64,000 bases of DNA from Lepidodermella squamata (lineage: Eukaryota; Animalia; Gastrotricha): contig JBLDXI010000045.1 of the NCBI GenBank assembly GCA_047495785.1, positions 682,001-746,000 on the forward strand, in the 5' to 3' direction. A model generated the notes under the pieces. It ran no database searches. It saw nothing but the letters and a program-made list of their open reading frames with translations, and was not told where the DNA came from. The translations under genes and the position numbers were made by a program. Below, in pieces: positions 51,611-61,965 of this stretch. Every line of letters begins with the position of its first letter. Positions within the stretch are counted from its first letter, which is position 1.

Positions 51611-52615
51611 TTTCTATACAAAAGTAAAAATGGAGCAGAAATTAGGCTCAGAATGATTATCATCAAACAGTTTGCCAATGCGAATGATTACAAAGTCAGC
51701 TTTAATAAAATCTAAGACCAGCCAATAGGCTTGACAGCTATTGAACGTCAGTCACTGTTCATCGACAATCGACATAAGATATCGGACAAACTAAAAAAAC
51801 ACATCGAGAGTTACAGCTTTCCCTATAATTTCAGGTATTCTCTTGGATGGTTAGCCCGAGGTGCTTCTTACGCGTAACCGGCAGAGCCAATCAGAGCCTA
51901 AAGAACATTTCGGAGACTTGAGTTTGTCGCGTAATGCCCTGTTGTTTTTGCCGTCGGGAGGACGTCATCGCCAAGCATGTTTTTCTGTTTTTCACATTTA
52001 ATATTTTTATCCAAGAAAATTCATTTTCGATTCCGCTGATAAACGCCAAAAATGATAAGCTTTTCGAAAAATAAGCAGCCGAAAAATTATTTTGCCTAAA
52101 AATAACAGTGAAATCCGTTTTGTTTGCTAAAACTTGTTACTTTGTATTGCGTTTTGCGTTTGTTTTCGTACCGTGTTTTTGACTTCACACTGCTCGCGAT
52201 GTCCTCATAGCTTTAGCCTTTCAGGTTTCTCCCTTTGGTAATTGGAGTTTAGCGGGGGAAATTTAACGGTTATTACTGCTTCTCGGGTGAATGATTTGCC
52301 AACGCTGCCAGTGACCTCTGACGGATTTATAATTCCAAGGGATGTCCTGATTTGGAATAGCCTTTGATAGCCTTATTTAGTATGCCTAAAATTGAATATT
52401 AGCTATTAGCTCAGCTCTTAGTATAATATTCAGTGTATTTTGATTCATACGGGGTTGCTTAGAGCTTAGAGTTGCATTCTATGTCAAGTCCCTGTCGTTC
52501 CGAGTTTGGTTATCGCTCACCTACTCTTTACGCTTCTCGAATATTTGTTGCTGAGTTCTGAAATATCAACTTTGTCATACTTGTGAATTCTGTCGCAAAC
52601 AATAGACCTGGTGAT
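51611..52615. promoter_or_regulatory. Divergent promoter region HECTD1/TIMM50 with CCAAT box and CRE-like site
   Basis: Head-to-head genes. AGCCAATCAG at 51885-51894 (NF-Y consensus); GACGTCA at 51961-51967. Confidence 0.55.
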
Positions 52616-53782
52616 ATGTTGTTGCTAAAATTGGGCAAAATATTTGGGTCTTCGAGGGCCGTATCGGCAGCTGCGCTATGCGGATGCGGGCAACAGTTGG
52701 CTATGTCTGCGGCGAAAATTCCGGTTTTTAAGCCGACTGGCATTTTCTCTAGTCATGCCCATAATCAGCTCAATTCGACTTTCCTCGCCTTTTCACCACG
52801 TTACTTGTGCACAGCTACTCCGAAGCCTGCTCAGCCGGACCAAAGCCAATCAAGTGGTGAAAAGAAAGAGTCCGGTGACGGCGATCAAAAGAAATGGTAT
52901 CACGCTTGGACTGGGAAAAATGTCTGGAAGCTGGGCGCGTTGTCCTTGGGGCTTTGGTTAACAATGGCTGGTGGTTATATCCTTGTTAATTGGGGCGCTC
53001 CTCTGATGGATAGCGAGGGAAACATAATTTCTGACGAGTTTTCGTCTCTTCCTACGTGGCAGCAATATCCTCGACGAGCTTGGCGGGAGATGTGGCAATA
53101 TCAGCAAATGATTCGTGATCCAGTTTCTGACAAATTGCTTCCCGATCCTCTTCAAGAACCTTATTACCAACCACCCTACACCTTGGTCATTGAGCTGATG
53201 GGCGTCCTGGTCCATCCTGACTGGACTTATAAAACGGGTTGGCGTTTTCGCAAGCGTCCTGGGCTTGATTATTTGCTGAAAAATTGCGGTTATCCCCTTT
53301 ATGAGGTGGTAATTTTCACTCAAGAACCAGCTCTCACCGCTCATCCTTTAATCGATGGTCTTGACCCAAATAACATGGTTATGTACAGGTTATACCGAGA
53401 TTCTACTCGCTACGATAAAGGTGTCCATATTAAAGACTTGTCTTGCTTGAATCGTGATCTTTCCAAAGTAATATTCATTGACTGGGATGTTAGTACGGGT
53501 CAGCTTCAACCCAGAAACATGTTGCCTTTGAAGAAGTGGAAAGGAGAAGATTCGGATACTACGTTGGTTGATTTGGCATCGTTTTTGCGTACGCTTGCAC
53601 TCTCGGGTGTCGAAGATGTTCGTCCTGTCATTGAGTATTATCGTCAATTTGACGATCCTTTGTTCATTTTCCGTGAAAACCAGCGCAAACTTGCAGCTGC
53701 TGAGCAGCAAAAGGCTAGTAGTCCTCCGGCTTCGCACCATTTGCCCACTCCTTCCACCAGTTGGGTACCTTGGCGTCGGTGA
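52616..53782 (+). CDS. TIMM50: Mitochondrial import inner membrane translocase subunit Tim50
   Basis: Presequence-like N-terminus, TM helix, KLLPDPLQEPYYQPPYTLVIELMGVLVHPDW..GWRFRKRPG, KDLSCLNRDLSKVI. First ATG at 52616. Confidence 0.96.
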   Translation: MLLLKLGKIFGSSRAVSAAALCGCGQQLAMSAAKIPVFKPTGIFSSHAHNQLNSTFLAFSPRYLCTATPKPAQPDQSQSSGEKKESGDGDQKKWYHAWTGKNVWKLGALSLGLWLTMAGGYILVNWGAPLMDSEGNIISDEFSSLPTWQQYPRRAWREMWQYQQMIRDPVSDKLLPDPLQEPYYQPPYTLVIELMGVLVHPDWTYKTGWRFRKRPGLDYLLKNCGYPLYEVVIFTQEPALTAHPLIDGLDPNNMVMYRLYRDSTRYDKGVHIKDLSCLNRDLSKVIFIDWDVSTGQLQPRNMLPLKKWKGEDSDTTLVDLASFLRTLALSGVEDVRPVIEYYRQFDDPLFIFRENQRKLAAAEQQKASSPPASHHLPTPSTSWVPWRR

Positions 53783-53933
53783 AGGAAGTGTTTGTAACAT
53801 TCCAACGTCAACATGTGATCGTGTATCGGGAGAGCTTCCATCTAGTGCTACAAAATTTTTGATTTTTTATTCAAATAAACTTGGCATTCAATTTATTAAT
53901 GTAATTATAGGTTTTTATCTCACAATAAGAAAA

Positions 53934-55961
53934 CTGGAGTCGCCAAGACAAACATTAGTAAACGATGCTAAGCCTGCGGAGACGCCTTGGAATTCGGGGG
54001 AGCAGGCTTTATTGGTTATGCTTCAATCTAGATACTCATCCGAGTCTAACCGATGGGTTCTAGTTGCATCGGAGATGTCGAAATTGTGTACAAAATTGAC
54101 GAATTGCTCAATTGGACCGCAGGATTTCGATGCGAGAAAAGACGTGCTATGCAACAAATTTTCGGCAACTTCATGTGAGGCTGAATTCATACGGTTGACC
54201 TCTGACTGCGATACTCAGGAAAGCCTGATGCAGCAGCTTGTCCAATCTCGCGTCCAGGCGCTGAAGGCACACCTCTCATCTCTGAAAGAACGTTACCAAA
54301 AGGTTTCAATGTTGTTGAAATCGGAAAATTTTGATCGATCTGATCCGTTTGTTCAAGAAATGATGCAGTTATATTTATTGTCAAAATCAGCACCGGCTGT
54401 TGATCAGTCAAACCAGCAAAGCGTTGGCGATGCTAAAGTTACGCGAGGTCGGAAGCGCCAGAGAGCGAATTCGAATGCCGCTGAGCAACAACCAGCTGTT
54501 GCAGCAGCCGCTTCGAAGAAAGACCTGTCTCAAATTGCTTCTCCAACTCGATTAGCGTTGAAGAGAAGCGTCGGAAGCCCATCGCCGGCTGTACCAGGTA
54601 GAACACGGTCTAGCGCTGCATTTGGCTCGCCTCCTTCAACTCCAGCTGCTCAAACACCAGCGGCTCAGCCTGCTGTCGAAGAAGAGGCACCCGTGAAAAT
54701 GGAAGTTGAACGGCAAAACAGTGGTGGCCGGTCGAGGACAAGTAGTCGAGTTGCTCAATTACCGCCGCTGGTCATCCGAATTCCAAATCAACATCAGCAG
54801 CAGCAACAACAACAGCAACAGAAGGAGCTACCAGTGCAAGATGCGACTAGTCCGAAGCCTGTCGTTTCAGTACCGTCGCCCTCATTGGCAAAGTCACCCA
54901 TGACTCGACAGCAGCAAAAGGCAGCTGGAAGTACAATGGATTGCCCGACCTCGCCAACGAGTGGTAGTCGACCTCATACCCCGATCGCTGCATCGCCGCC
55001 CTTTATAGCCACACCAGCTCAACAACAACAACAATCGACAGTTACGGCATCCCGGCGTTCACCTCGTGTCGCGAATACTTTGGTGCCAGCTCAGCCTTCT
55101 ACGCCGGCTCCAAAAGTCGAGCTAGAATCGCCCACGACTACTCAACCGCCTCAGCCACCAAGTTCGACGTCACGACCACATCGTAACCGATCTCGCAGCG
55201 ACGCCTCGACGACCTCGGTTTCGGCGGCTAATATTGAGCCTCAACAGCCAGTTTCCGAGGAACAACCACCGCCGACCCCAGTTGTCGAAACTATCGCCAC
55301 CCCAACACCCGCTGTTAAAGAGCGATCAGCTAAGGAGAAAGAAAGTGACCAATCGGCCGTGGACGACCGGCTATCTCGAACAACTCGCCGGCTTTTACTT
55401 CAATTGTGGCGGCAAGTCACTGCTCACCGCCATTCAGCAATTTTCCTGAGCCCTGTAACGGAAGACATCGCACCAAATTACTCGCAAATCGTGTATAAAC
55501 CAAAGGATTTATCCACTATCAAGCAGCATATCGAGTCGGGAAAAATTACGACTGTTCAGGAGTTACAACTCGAGTTGATGATAATGTTTCAAAACGCGTT
55601 GATGTACAACGGGCGTGAACATACTGTCCATCACATGGCCGCCGATATGTACGACGATGTGATGCAACATTTCGAGGCTTATTCTTCGTCTAATTCTGAG
55701 CGCCAAGCGGCGGCAGTTGCGCAGCAGCAAGCGACGTTTTCATCTTCGAAAAAGAACAGCGCAAGGTCGCGACGTCGGCACTCCGAATTCGAGCCGAAGC
55801 CTGCGGTGAACACTCCTTCTGGTCAAGACAATGTGCCGGTTTCTGTTTCCGAGAATGCGAATCACGCGACTGAGACGAAAAATGAGTCGTGCGATGACGT
55901 GAATATGGAAGTGGCCGAACGGTCACCTGCTACTGCTAACGATACCAGTGATATGAGTTGA
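53934..55961 (+). CDS. BRD8: Bromodomain-containing protein 8-like (NuA4/TIP60 subunit); start proposed at CTG 53934
   Basis: N-terminal SANT-like ETPWNSGEQALL..NRWVLVASEM..FSATSCEAEF, coiled coil, low-complexity middle, bromodomain LWRQVTAHRHSAIFLSPVTEDIAPNYSQIVYKPKDLSTIK..MFQNALMYN. Confidence 0.85.
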   Translation: MESPRQTLVNDAKPAETPWNSGEQALLVMLQSRYSSESNRWVLVASEMSKLCTKLTNCSIGPQDFDARKDVLCNKFSATSCEAEFIRLTSDCDTQESLMQQLVQSRVQALKAHLSSLKERYQKVSMLLKSENFDRSDPFVQEMMQLYLLSKSAPAVDQSNQQSVGDAKVTRGRKRQRANSNAAEQQPAVAAAASKKDLSQIASPTRLALKRSVGSPSPAVPGRTRSSAAFGSPPSTPAAQTPAAQPAVEEEAPVKMEVERQNSGGRSRTSSRVAQLPPLVIRIPNQHQQQQQQQQQKELPVQDATSPKPVVSVPSPSLAKSPMTRQQQKAAGSTMDCPTSPTSGSRPHTPIAASPPFIATPAQQQQQSTVTASRRSPRVANTLVPAQPSTPAPKVELESPTTTQPPQPPSSTSRPHRNRSRSDASTTSVSAANIEPQQPVSEEQPPPTPVVETIATPTPAVKERSAKEKESDQSAVDDRLSRTTRRLLLQLWRQVTAHRHSAIFLSPVTEDIAPNYSQIVYKPKDLSTIKQHIESGKITTVQELQLELMIMFQNALMYNGREHTVHHMAADMYDDVMQHFEAYSSSNSERQAAAVAQQQATFSSSKKNSARSRRRHSEFEPKPAVNTPSGQDNVPVSVSENANHATETKNESCDDVNMEVAERSPATANDTSDMS

Positions 55962-56131
55962 TCAAGTGATGCATGCTCAGCTTCTTTTTCAATTAGGTTC
56001 TTTTTAAGCCAATAAGAAGCTATTCTTCTTCTTTGCCTCCATTCCTATAAGCGATTTTTCGTCATTTTTTGAAAATAAACTAAGTAATTTTTCATTTCCC
56101 CCTCTATTTTTAGGTTTTATTTTTGATAAAA

Positions 56132-57110
56132 ATGTATTCTCAGTATTCTCAACCTCAGACATTTCAAGGCCCGGCGTACAATCAAGAGTTTAGAAGCTAC
56201 TCAGCACAGCCTCAGACTGGCTACGTTCAAACAGCACCCTTCAAAACGTGGCCGACGAATTATGAGAGGTCCACCTTGAATACACACGGTGGCACATATT
56301 ATCGTCACCCTACAGTGCAATCCGGGTAAGTGTTTTCTCGCTTTTACTTCAATTTCATATTTTGCATTGATGTTATTTTTTTGAAAGGCGGATAAAAGTG
56401 TGGCGGCGCACTCCGTTGAGTATTTGGGTCGCTGCAGTCCTGGCTTTGTTATCATTCATTTGCCTCGTCGTCAGTTTCGCGACGCCTAATTGGCGCCGAT
56501 TTCGAGCACTCGAGCAAAGCCAGCCGCTTGAAAGATTCGAGGGTCTATGGCTGTACTGCGTGTGGCGAAGTGATATGGGCGTTCCACTTCTTCCGCATTA
56601 TCTATACCAATGCTATACAGTTGTAAATCGCGATGTTGTCGAAATTTTCGATCAAGGCTACATGCATTGGATACGCGGTTTCACAATTTTCGGCCTATTA
56701 GCTTCACTCATCGGAACCGCTATGTCATGCATGTACGCGTGTTTTCGCGGCTTCCAGGCTAAGCGGCGCAACGAAATAATCACCATCGGATTTCATTCAG
56801 CATCAATTTGTAAGTAAACAATCGATTTGTTTGTTGTTTGAAATAATCGCATTTATTACCTACGTAAAACAGTTCTGTACGGCATTTTGAGCATAACAAT
56901 ATATGCAGCCAAGTCAATCGAGGAAGGCACAAAAGGTCGCATGGTGAATTTATTCGTGAGTCTACGCCTCTTTTACGCTTGAATTTTTGATTAATTATTG
57001 TTTACTCTCAGTTTGACTATTCATTCTTCGTCGCCATCGCGGGAGTCATTCTGCAAATCGGCACCGTGTTTTGTCACGTCTACGACCTGTGCCGATCGAT
57101 ACCGTTGTAA
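56132..57110 (+). CDS. Claudin/PMP22/EMP-family tetraspan protein
   Basis: Four exons (56132-56325, 56388-56809, about 56873-56956, about 57012-57110). ATPNW..EGLWLYC..QC (W-GLW-C-C signature), four TM helices, FDYSFFVAI before TM4. Confidence 0.88.
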
Positions 57111-57965
57111 ATGCGCTTGTTTATGTCAGAGCAAATAAATAGTACAAGAAAAACAGCTCAAAGATCTCGTCCGGAAAGCCGCCTAAATGTTGCATTCTCG
57201 CCGTCTTCTTCTTCGTGTCTTTTTATACCACTACTGAATAATGATCAGAGTTGTGCATTCGAATTCAGGTTGTGCGGTGATCGCTCGCTCATCAAGATGG
57301 CCATTGATTACCCTTTCTTTTTTCGAGAAATTTTACACGCATTTCTTCATTTTGCTCGCTCGCGCGCTTCACATTCTTGTCGTCCATTCATTGATTTTCA
57401 ACACCTCATGTAGAGAATTATGCTACTGCTCTTTTTATACAAATGTCGGAAGAATTAAACTCGCATTTATGGTTGTTGGGCATTGACTTCATTAACACTG
57501 CGTTTTCTGTGTGCTTTTTTCCAGAGTAATTATGTATATCTTTGAGTGTTTCATCTTTTTAACCTTTTTGTGCCGTTTTGAATTATATTTCATATAAATT
57601 AACAGATGAATTATTTAGTTTGCTACTATCCTATTCGCTGTGCAAAGTTTCTTCATCTCAAGCTATACATAGATTGTAGTTTTTGGTTGTGCTTTATCGA
57701 GTTTTATCTGGATACTTCTACACGTATCGAGATGGAAAATAAAACGTCAGGTGTGTCTAAAAATGATGACTTTTTTCTCAAATATTCTCCAATTTATTTT
57801 TAACCATCAAGCAAAGAATAATTTTGAATATCGCGTTGGTGATTAATACAGCAAGTTAGCTTATAATTCGAAAATGAACCGCAAAATATATTACAGTTTA
57901 CAAACAGAGCATCTACTAAAAAATAATGGTGGTTCATTACTGTTACTTATTTTCAGGTTGGGGTT

Positions 57966-60121
57966 TCAACCAGCGTATACAAATCCAAGCCGTTTGTAGG
58001 TGCTAGGAGGTAAAGGACGTCCATCATCTTCTGGCGGCTGTTCGATTAAATTCGATGGTATCACAATTGGCGGCCGTTTGGCAGCGACTCGTTTGAGCGG
58101 AATTGTGTTCCGGCCACGAGCGTCTAGATTGTCAATGACAGACTTTGCGTAACGTTGGAACATGTCCTCTTCATGCAGCTGCAGCTCCATGTTGAGAATA
58201 GCCTCGCCAATACCCTTTTGCTTAAGTTCTTCCTCGGCACGCTTCTTGCTTTCGTTCTACAGGAAAATGTCGTTGGGAACTATCATTAAAAAAATAAGTA
58301 ACGACTTACATCATCCAGATATTGGCCAGCAAGGTTTGCAGCTTTCTCCCTACGGCGGCGTGCTTTTTCTTCCTCATTTTTGAAGTAAATCAAGTCGGCC
58401 TCACGCTGCAGTCTAGCCATTTCATCTTCCTGTCGTTTCTTTTCAAGTCTGGCTTCTTCGTTCTTCTTCATCTGTTCTCGGCGGTGTTCAGCTGCAGCTT
58501 GAATTGCTTCGGCGTTGCGGCGCCGTTTCTCTTCCGCCTCTTGCTGCTCTCGAGCTTCACGCTCAGCATTCGCCTTGTCAAATCGCTCCTGCTCATCGTC
58601 AACATGAGCTTTGTTAAGAGCAACCAATTTGTTGTAAATGCGATCGCGAACTTCGCGCTTTTCAGCATCCAGCTGAGCTTCACGGTCGGCGCGTCTACGC
58701 AGCATGTTACGTTTAGCTGAAACGTAAAGCCTACACTCTTCGTCATCGGCTTCATTCTGTTTTCGGTCTTTATCAAGCAGCATCAGCCGTTCTTCCATTT
58801 GTTTCACATTTTCCTTCATATTTCGCAGCCTTTGTTCTCTAATCATTTGGTTCTTCTCCTCAGTTTCCTTGGCATGGGCCTCTGCCAGTTGCTTCAGCCT
58901 TTCACCATCTTGCTTCGCTAGAAGATGATCTTTTTCGCGCAACACCGCCTTTTCTTGCATTCTGTGATAAAAATACGATCATTTTATGTAACAGCATAAA
59001 ATTGTAAACCAACTGTCTCGCAATGTCGCTGGTATTGCTAGCAGCCGCCATGCGTATCCTTTCGCGCTTTTCCGCCTCTTGCCGCTCCCATTCCTCTTTC
59101 TGCTTGACCGCAAGTTCATACCATTCCTTTTCACGTTCGCCCATACCGAGCTCCTGTAGTCGCTTTAGTTCCAACTGCGCATCACGTTCCTTTAAAACTT
59201 CAGTCAACCGCAACGCGCTGTGAAATTCTTTAACCCGGTCAGTTTGATAATACAACAGCTGCTTGGCTTTTTGAATAGCATCGCGGCGCTTTTCTGCTTG
59301 AAATCGGGCTTCGTCAATGTCGACCAATTTTGCTTCAGCTTCCTTAGCCTCCAAACGTTTTTGCCGCTCTTCCAGTCTTTTCTTTCTAGCCCCCTGAAAT
59401 ACATATGCATGTCATTGTATGAACAAAAACAGCTTCTTGATTTGGTGACATGAAATATTTTTGAGGTTATCTATGAATGCGATTTACAAAAAAATAAACG
59501 TAGAATTGATAGGAAAATGACGGACAATCAGTAAGGATGAAGTTAATAACGGTTTTGGATGCTAAGTGGTAATTGTATCTAGTTGAATAAGTGCAGCATG
59601 CAACCGGATATGTAAAGCACGAAAGTATTTTACAGGTAATCTAGGGAATATTCAGCTACATTAGTTGTTAGAAGTTATGAGGTTCATGCGAAGATGAATT
59701 TTCGGAAGAATGGCAAAGCAGAGGTTCACACAGGGTTGATATATTACTTGAATTGCTAAAACGTTTGGCAAGCTCTTCCTGCTGCCACCGGCTTCTGGAT
59801 CAAACTGAATTTTGCGCAAATTATTCAGAGATTTCAATGTGATTGAAGCGTAAAAAGGCAAGCATTTGCAGAAAATTAAGAATATCAACATACTGCTAAT
59901 GTGTTGGTCCAAGTCTTAATCATTGCTTTGCTCTGGTCTCGCATAGCTAGCTTTTCGGCTCGCTCTGCTTCAATTCGCTGCTTTTCGATGGCCTTCTTGT
60001 TCAGTTGATAATGAAGACGACTCCAATCATCCCTCGTCAAAACGGCTATTTTCCGCGAATCAGAACCATCTGGAAGAGTGTAAACTCCTGGAGGAGCGCT
60101 TGAACAATGGCCAGAACTCAT
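57966..60121 (-). CDS. CFAP210: Cilia- and flagella-associated protein 210 (CCDC173, trichohyalin-plectin-homology coiled coil)
   Basis: SKAMIKTWTNTL, AIQKAKQLLYYQTDRVKEFHSALRLTEVLKERDAQLELK, long E/R/K coiled coil, C-terminal FQRYA..RGRNTIPL..KRLGF. Four exons. Confidence 0.85.
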
Positions 60122-60542
60122 TTTAAGCCTTTAAATACCTTGAATGAAAGAAATTGGGCATACAGAAGATAGTGAAAAACAAGATCTGTGTACTTCAATG
60201 CGTTCAGAATGCACTTCACCCGCAGTTCAACTTTTTTGACATTGAAAAAAACATCGAGTGAAATTGCAGTCTCAGCTGTTTAGTATGATACACAACAGAA
60301 ATATCCTGCGAGACTTCATTACAATAAGTTCATAACCTTTCTTCTGAGCATGTGTCTTTGCCCGTTTCAAGATCAGACGCTCAGTCAGGCAAGGATGGGA
60401 CATGGGAGTTGCAATTACGCAAATAGATAGATGCAAGTCAAGGTGCCACACTATGCGTCAGTCAATCAGATGCTTGAAGCCGCCAAATGGTACCGACAAC
60501 TAAGACCAACCCTCATTCGAAGGAGAGCAAACAAACCATAAC

Positions 60543-60556
60543 GTTGCCAAGGTGAT
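60543..60556 (-). promoter_or_regulatory. RFX X-box upstream of CFAP210
   Basis: GTTGCCAAGGTGAT (reverse strand ATCACC-TT-GGCAAC) fits RYYNYY-WW-RRNRAC, about 420 bp upstream of a ciliary gene. Confidence 0.55.
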
Positions 60557-61028
60557 AAAATAATAATTTACTGTTAAATATTTGATATGTTTATCTACTT
60601 CTTTAAATAAAACCTGTTTTATCTTCCGTGAGAATTTATAACATTAATGGCGGTAATTTTTTGAATTTTTTGGAAAATGAATTTTTTGGTGTGATCTCTT
60701 TCCCGATTGAAGAAGTCTCACTCCTTACCAGTCTTTGCGCAGGTGGCAGGTGCCCATGATAACGCTAACCGAAGTGTGTTGTAGAGCGTCAAGAGCCATC
60801 GACCCATATGTACCCGCTGTATGCAAACGTGAATCGCCGTGTCTCCAACGGTCACATCCGCGGATCAAAGACTTCGAAAGATTATCGTCCTTTCCTCAAG
60901 CTGAGTGCGGCTTTTAAACTCTTCAGGGTGAACAACGCTACAACTACTTAAGCTGAATAAGACCTATCGGTGGATGCGGTGGATGCGGAAGAGACTTATA
61001 CTACTAGTCAACTGCTAGTCAAGCCGTT

Positions 61029-61178
61029 TCCAATTTCGTTGGTAGAATGCCCTCTCCGAGGGTAAACGTCTAGGTTTAGGTTTAGTGTTAGGGCTAGGTT
61101 GGGGGTGGGGTGCCTTCTGATGGTGAACCCTCTAACAGCGACGCCCTCTGAGAGGGTACCTCTACCAACGAAATCGGA
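61029..61178. mobile_element. MITE-like element with ~33-bp imperfect terminal inverted repeats and internal telomere-like repeats
   Basis: Left TCCAATTTCGTTGGTAGAATGCCCTCTCCGAGGG versus reverse complement of the right end TCCGATTTCGTTGGTAGAGGTACCCTCTCAGAGGG. Core TAGGTTTAGGTTTAGTGTTAGGGCTAGGTTGGGG. No clear TSD. Confidence 0.7.
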
Positions 61179-61965
61179 GGAGTCAGAAGTCGGCTAATGA
61201 TTCTGAACCAAACAGCCCAATGTCAGTCGGAGAATGTATAGATCCTAAACTCATGCTGCATCTCATAAACGGTGGCTCGATTGTCTGCGACAGCTGCTGA
61301 ACCAGAGATATTCAAAAATTTCCTTTTTGGTGTCCGCAATGCGAAGGTCTAGGCGCCTATTGGCAATAAATGGCCTTCCGGACTGGGGTTCTGATATCGA
61401 TGGCCTCATAAACAAAAAAACCGCAAACAAATTTATTTGCAAATTTATGGGGCATTTTACCTCATTAACTATAATATATATGTAGTCGGTGTTGTTCACT
61501 GTGGAGAGCTTAACAACCACACTCTGCGTGAGGATGGTAGGATGATCTTGAGGTCGTCCCCGAGCCAATGACAGTAAGGGATACGGCAGGCCACGTTAGG
61601 ATCATTGTAGCATAATTTATGAAGATGCGATCTTTCGATATCTTTTCTCAGCTTTGCCGTTATTAGAAGCTTGCCCGCAGATCTACAGTTTCCATCACCG
61701 TTAAAGCAGTGATCTTGAGATTTTATTATTTACATAAGCTTTAGGGCGTGCACAGAAGATGGTCATAGCGAAAACCCTAGAAATACGATCGACCCGCTTA
61801 AATTCTGCCAAACTGTTTTTTTTTCGCCAATCTTAATTCCGACTAGGTATCACCGCCATTCATGCAAGCAACAGCAACGTGAACTTATTTTATGCTCAAT
61901 TTTTAACAATACCTAATGTTTGGAATGCACTGATATTTTTTCTGGATTTAGGTTCTATAACATGA

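Noticed and set aside
52260-52300. TTAACGGTT...ATG resembles a flatworm spliced-leader exon
   Set aside because: It is not followed by a GT donor or a properly placed Sm site.
53568-53933. Apparent overlap of the BRD8 ORF with TIMM50
   Set aside because: An artefact of an alternative-start ORF call; the frame crosses the TIMM50 3'UTR, poly(A) signal and acceptor tract.
60650-60692. Three Sm-site-like AATTTTT(T)G motifs
   Set aside because: AT-rich context with no recognisable snRNA or SL RNA structure.
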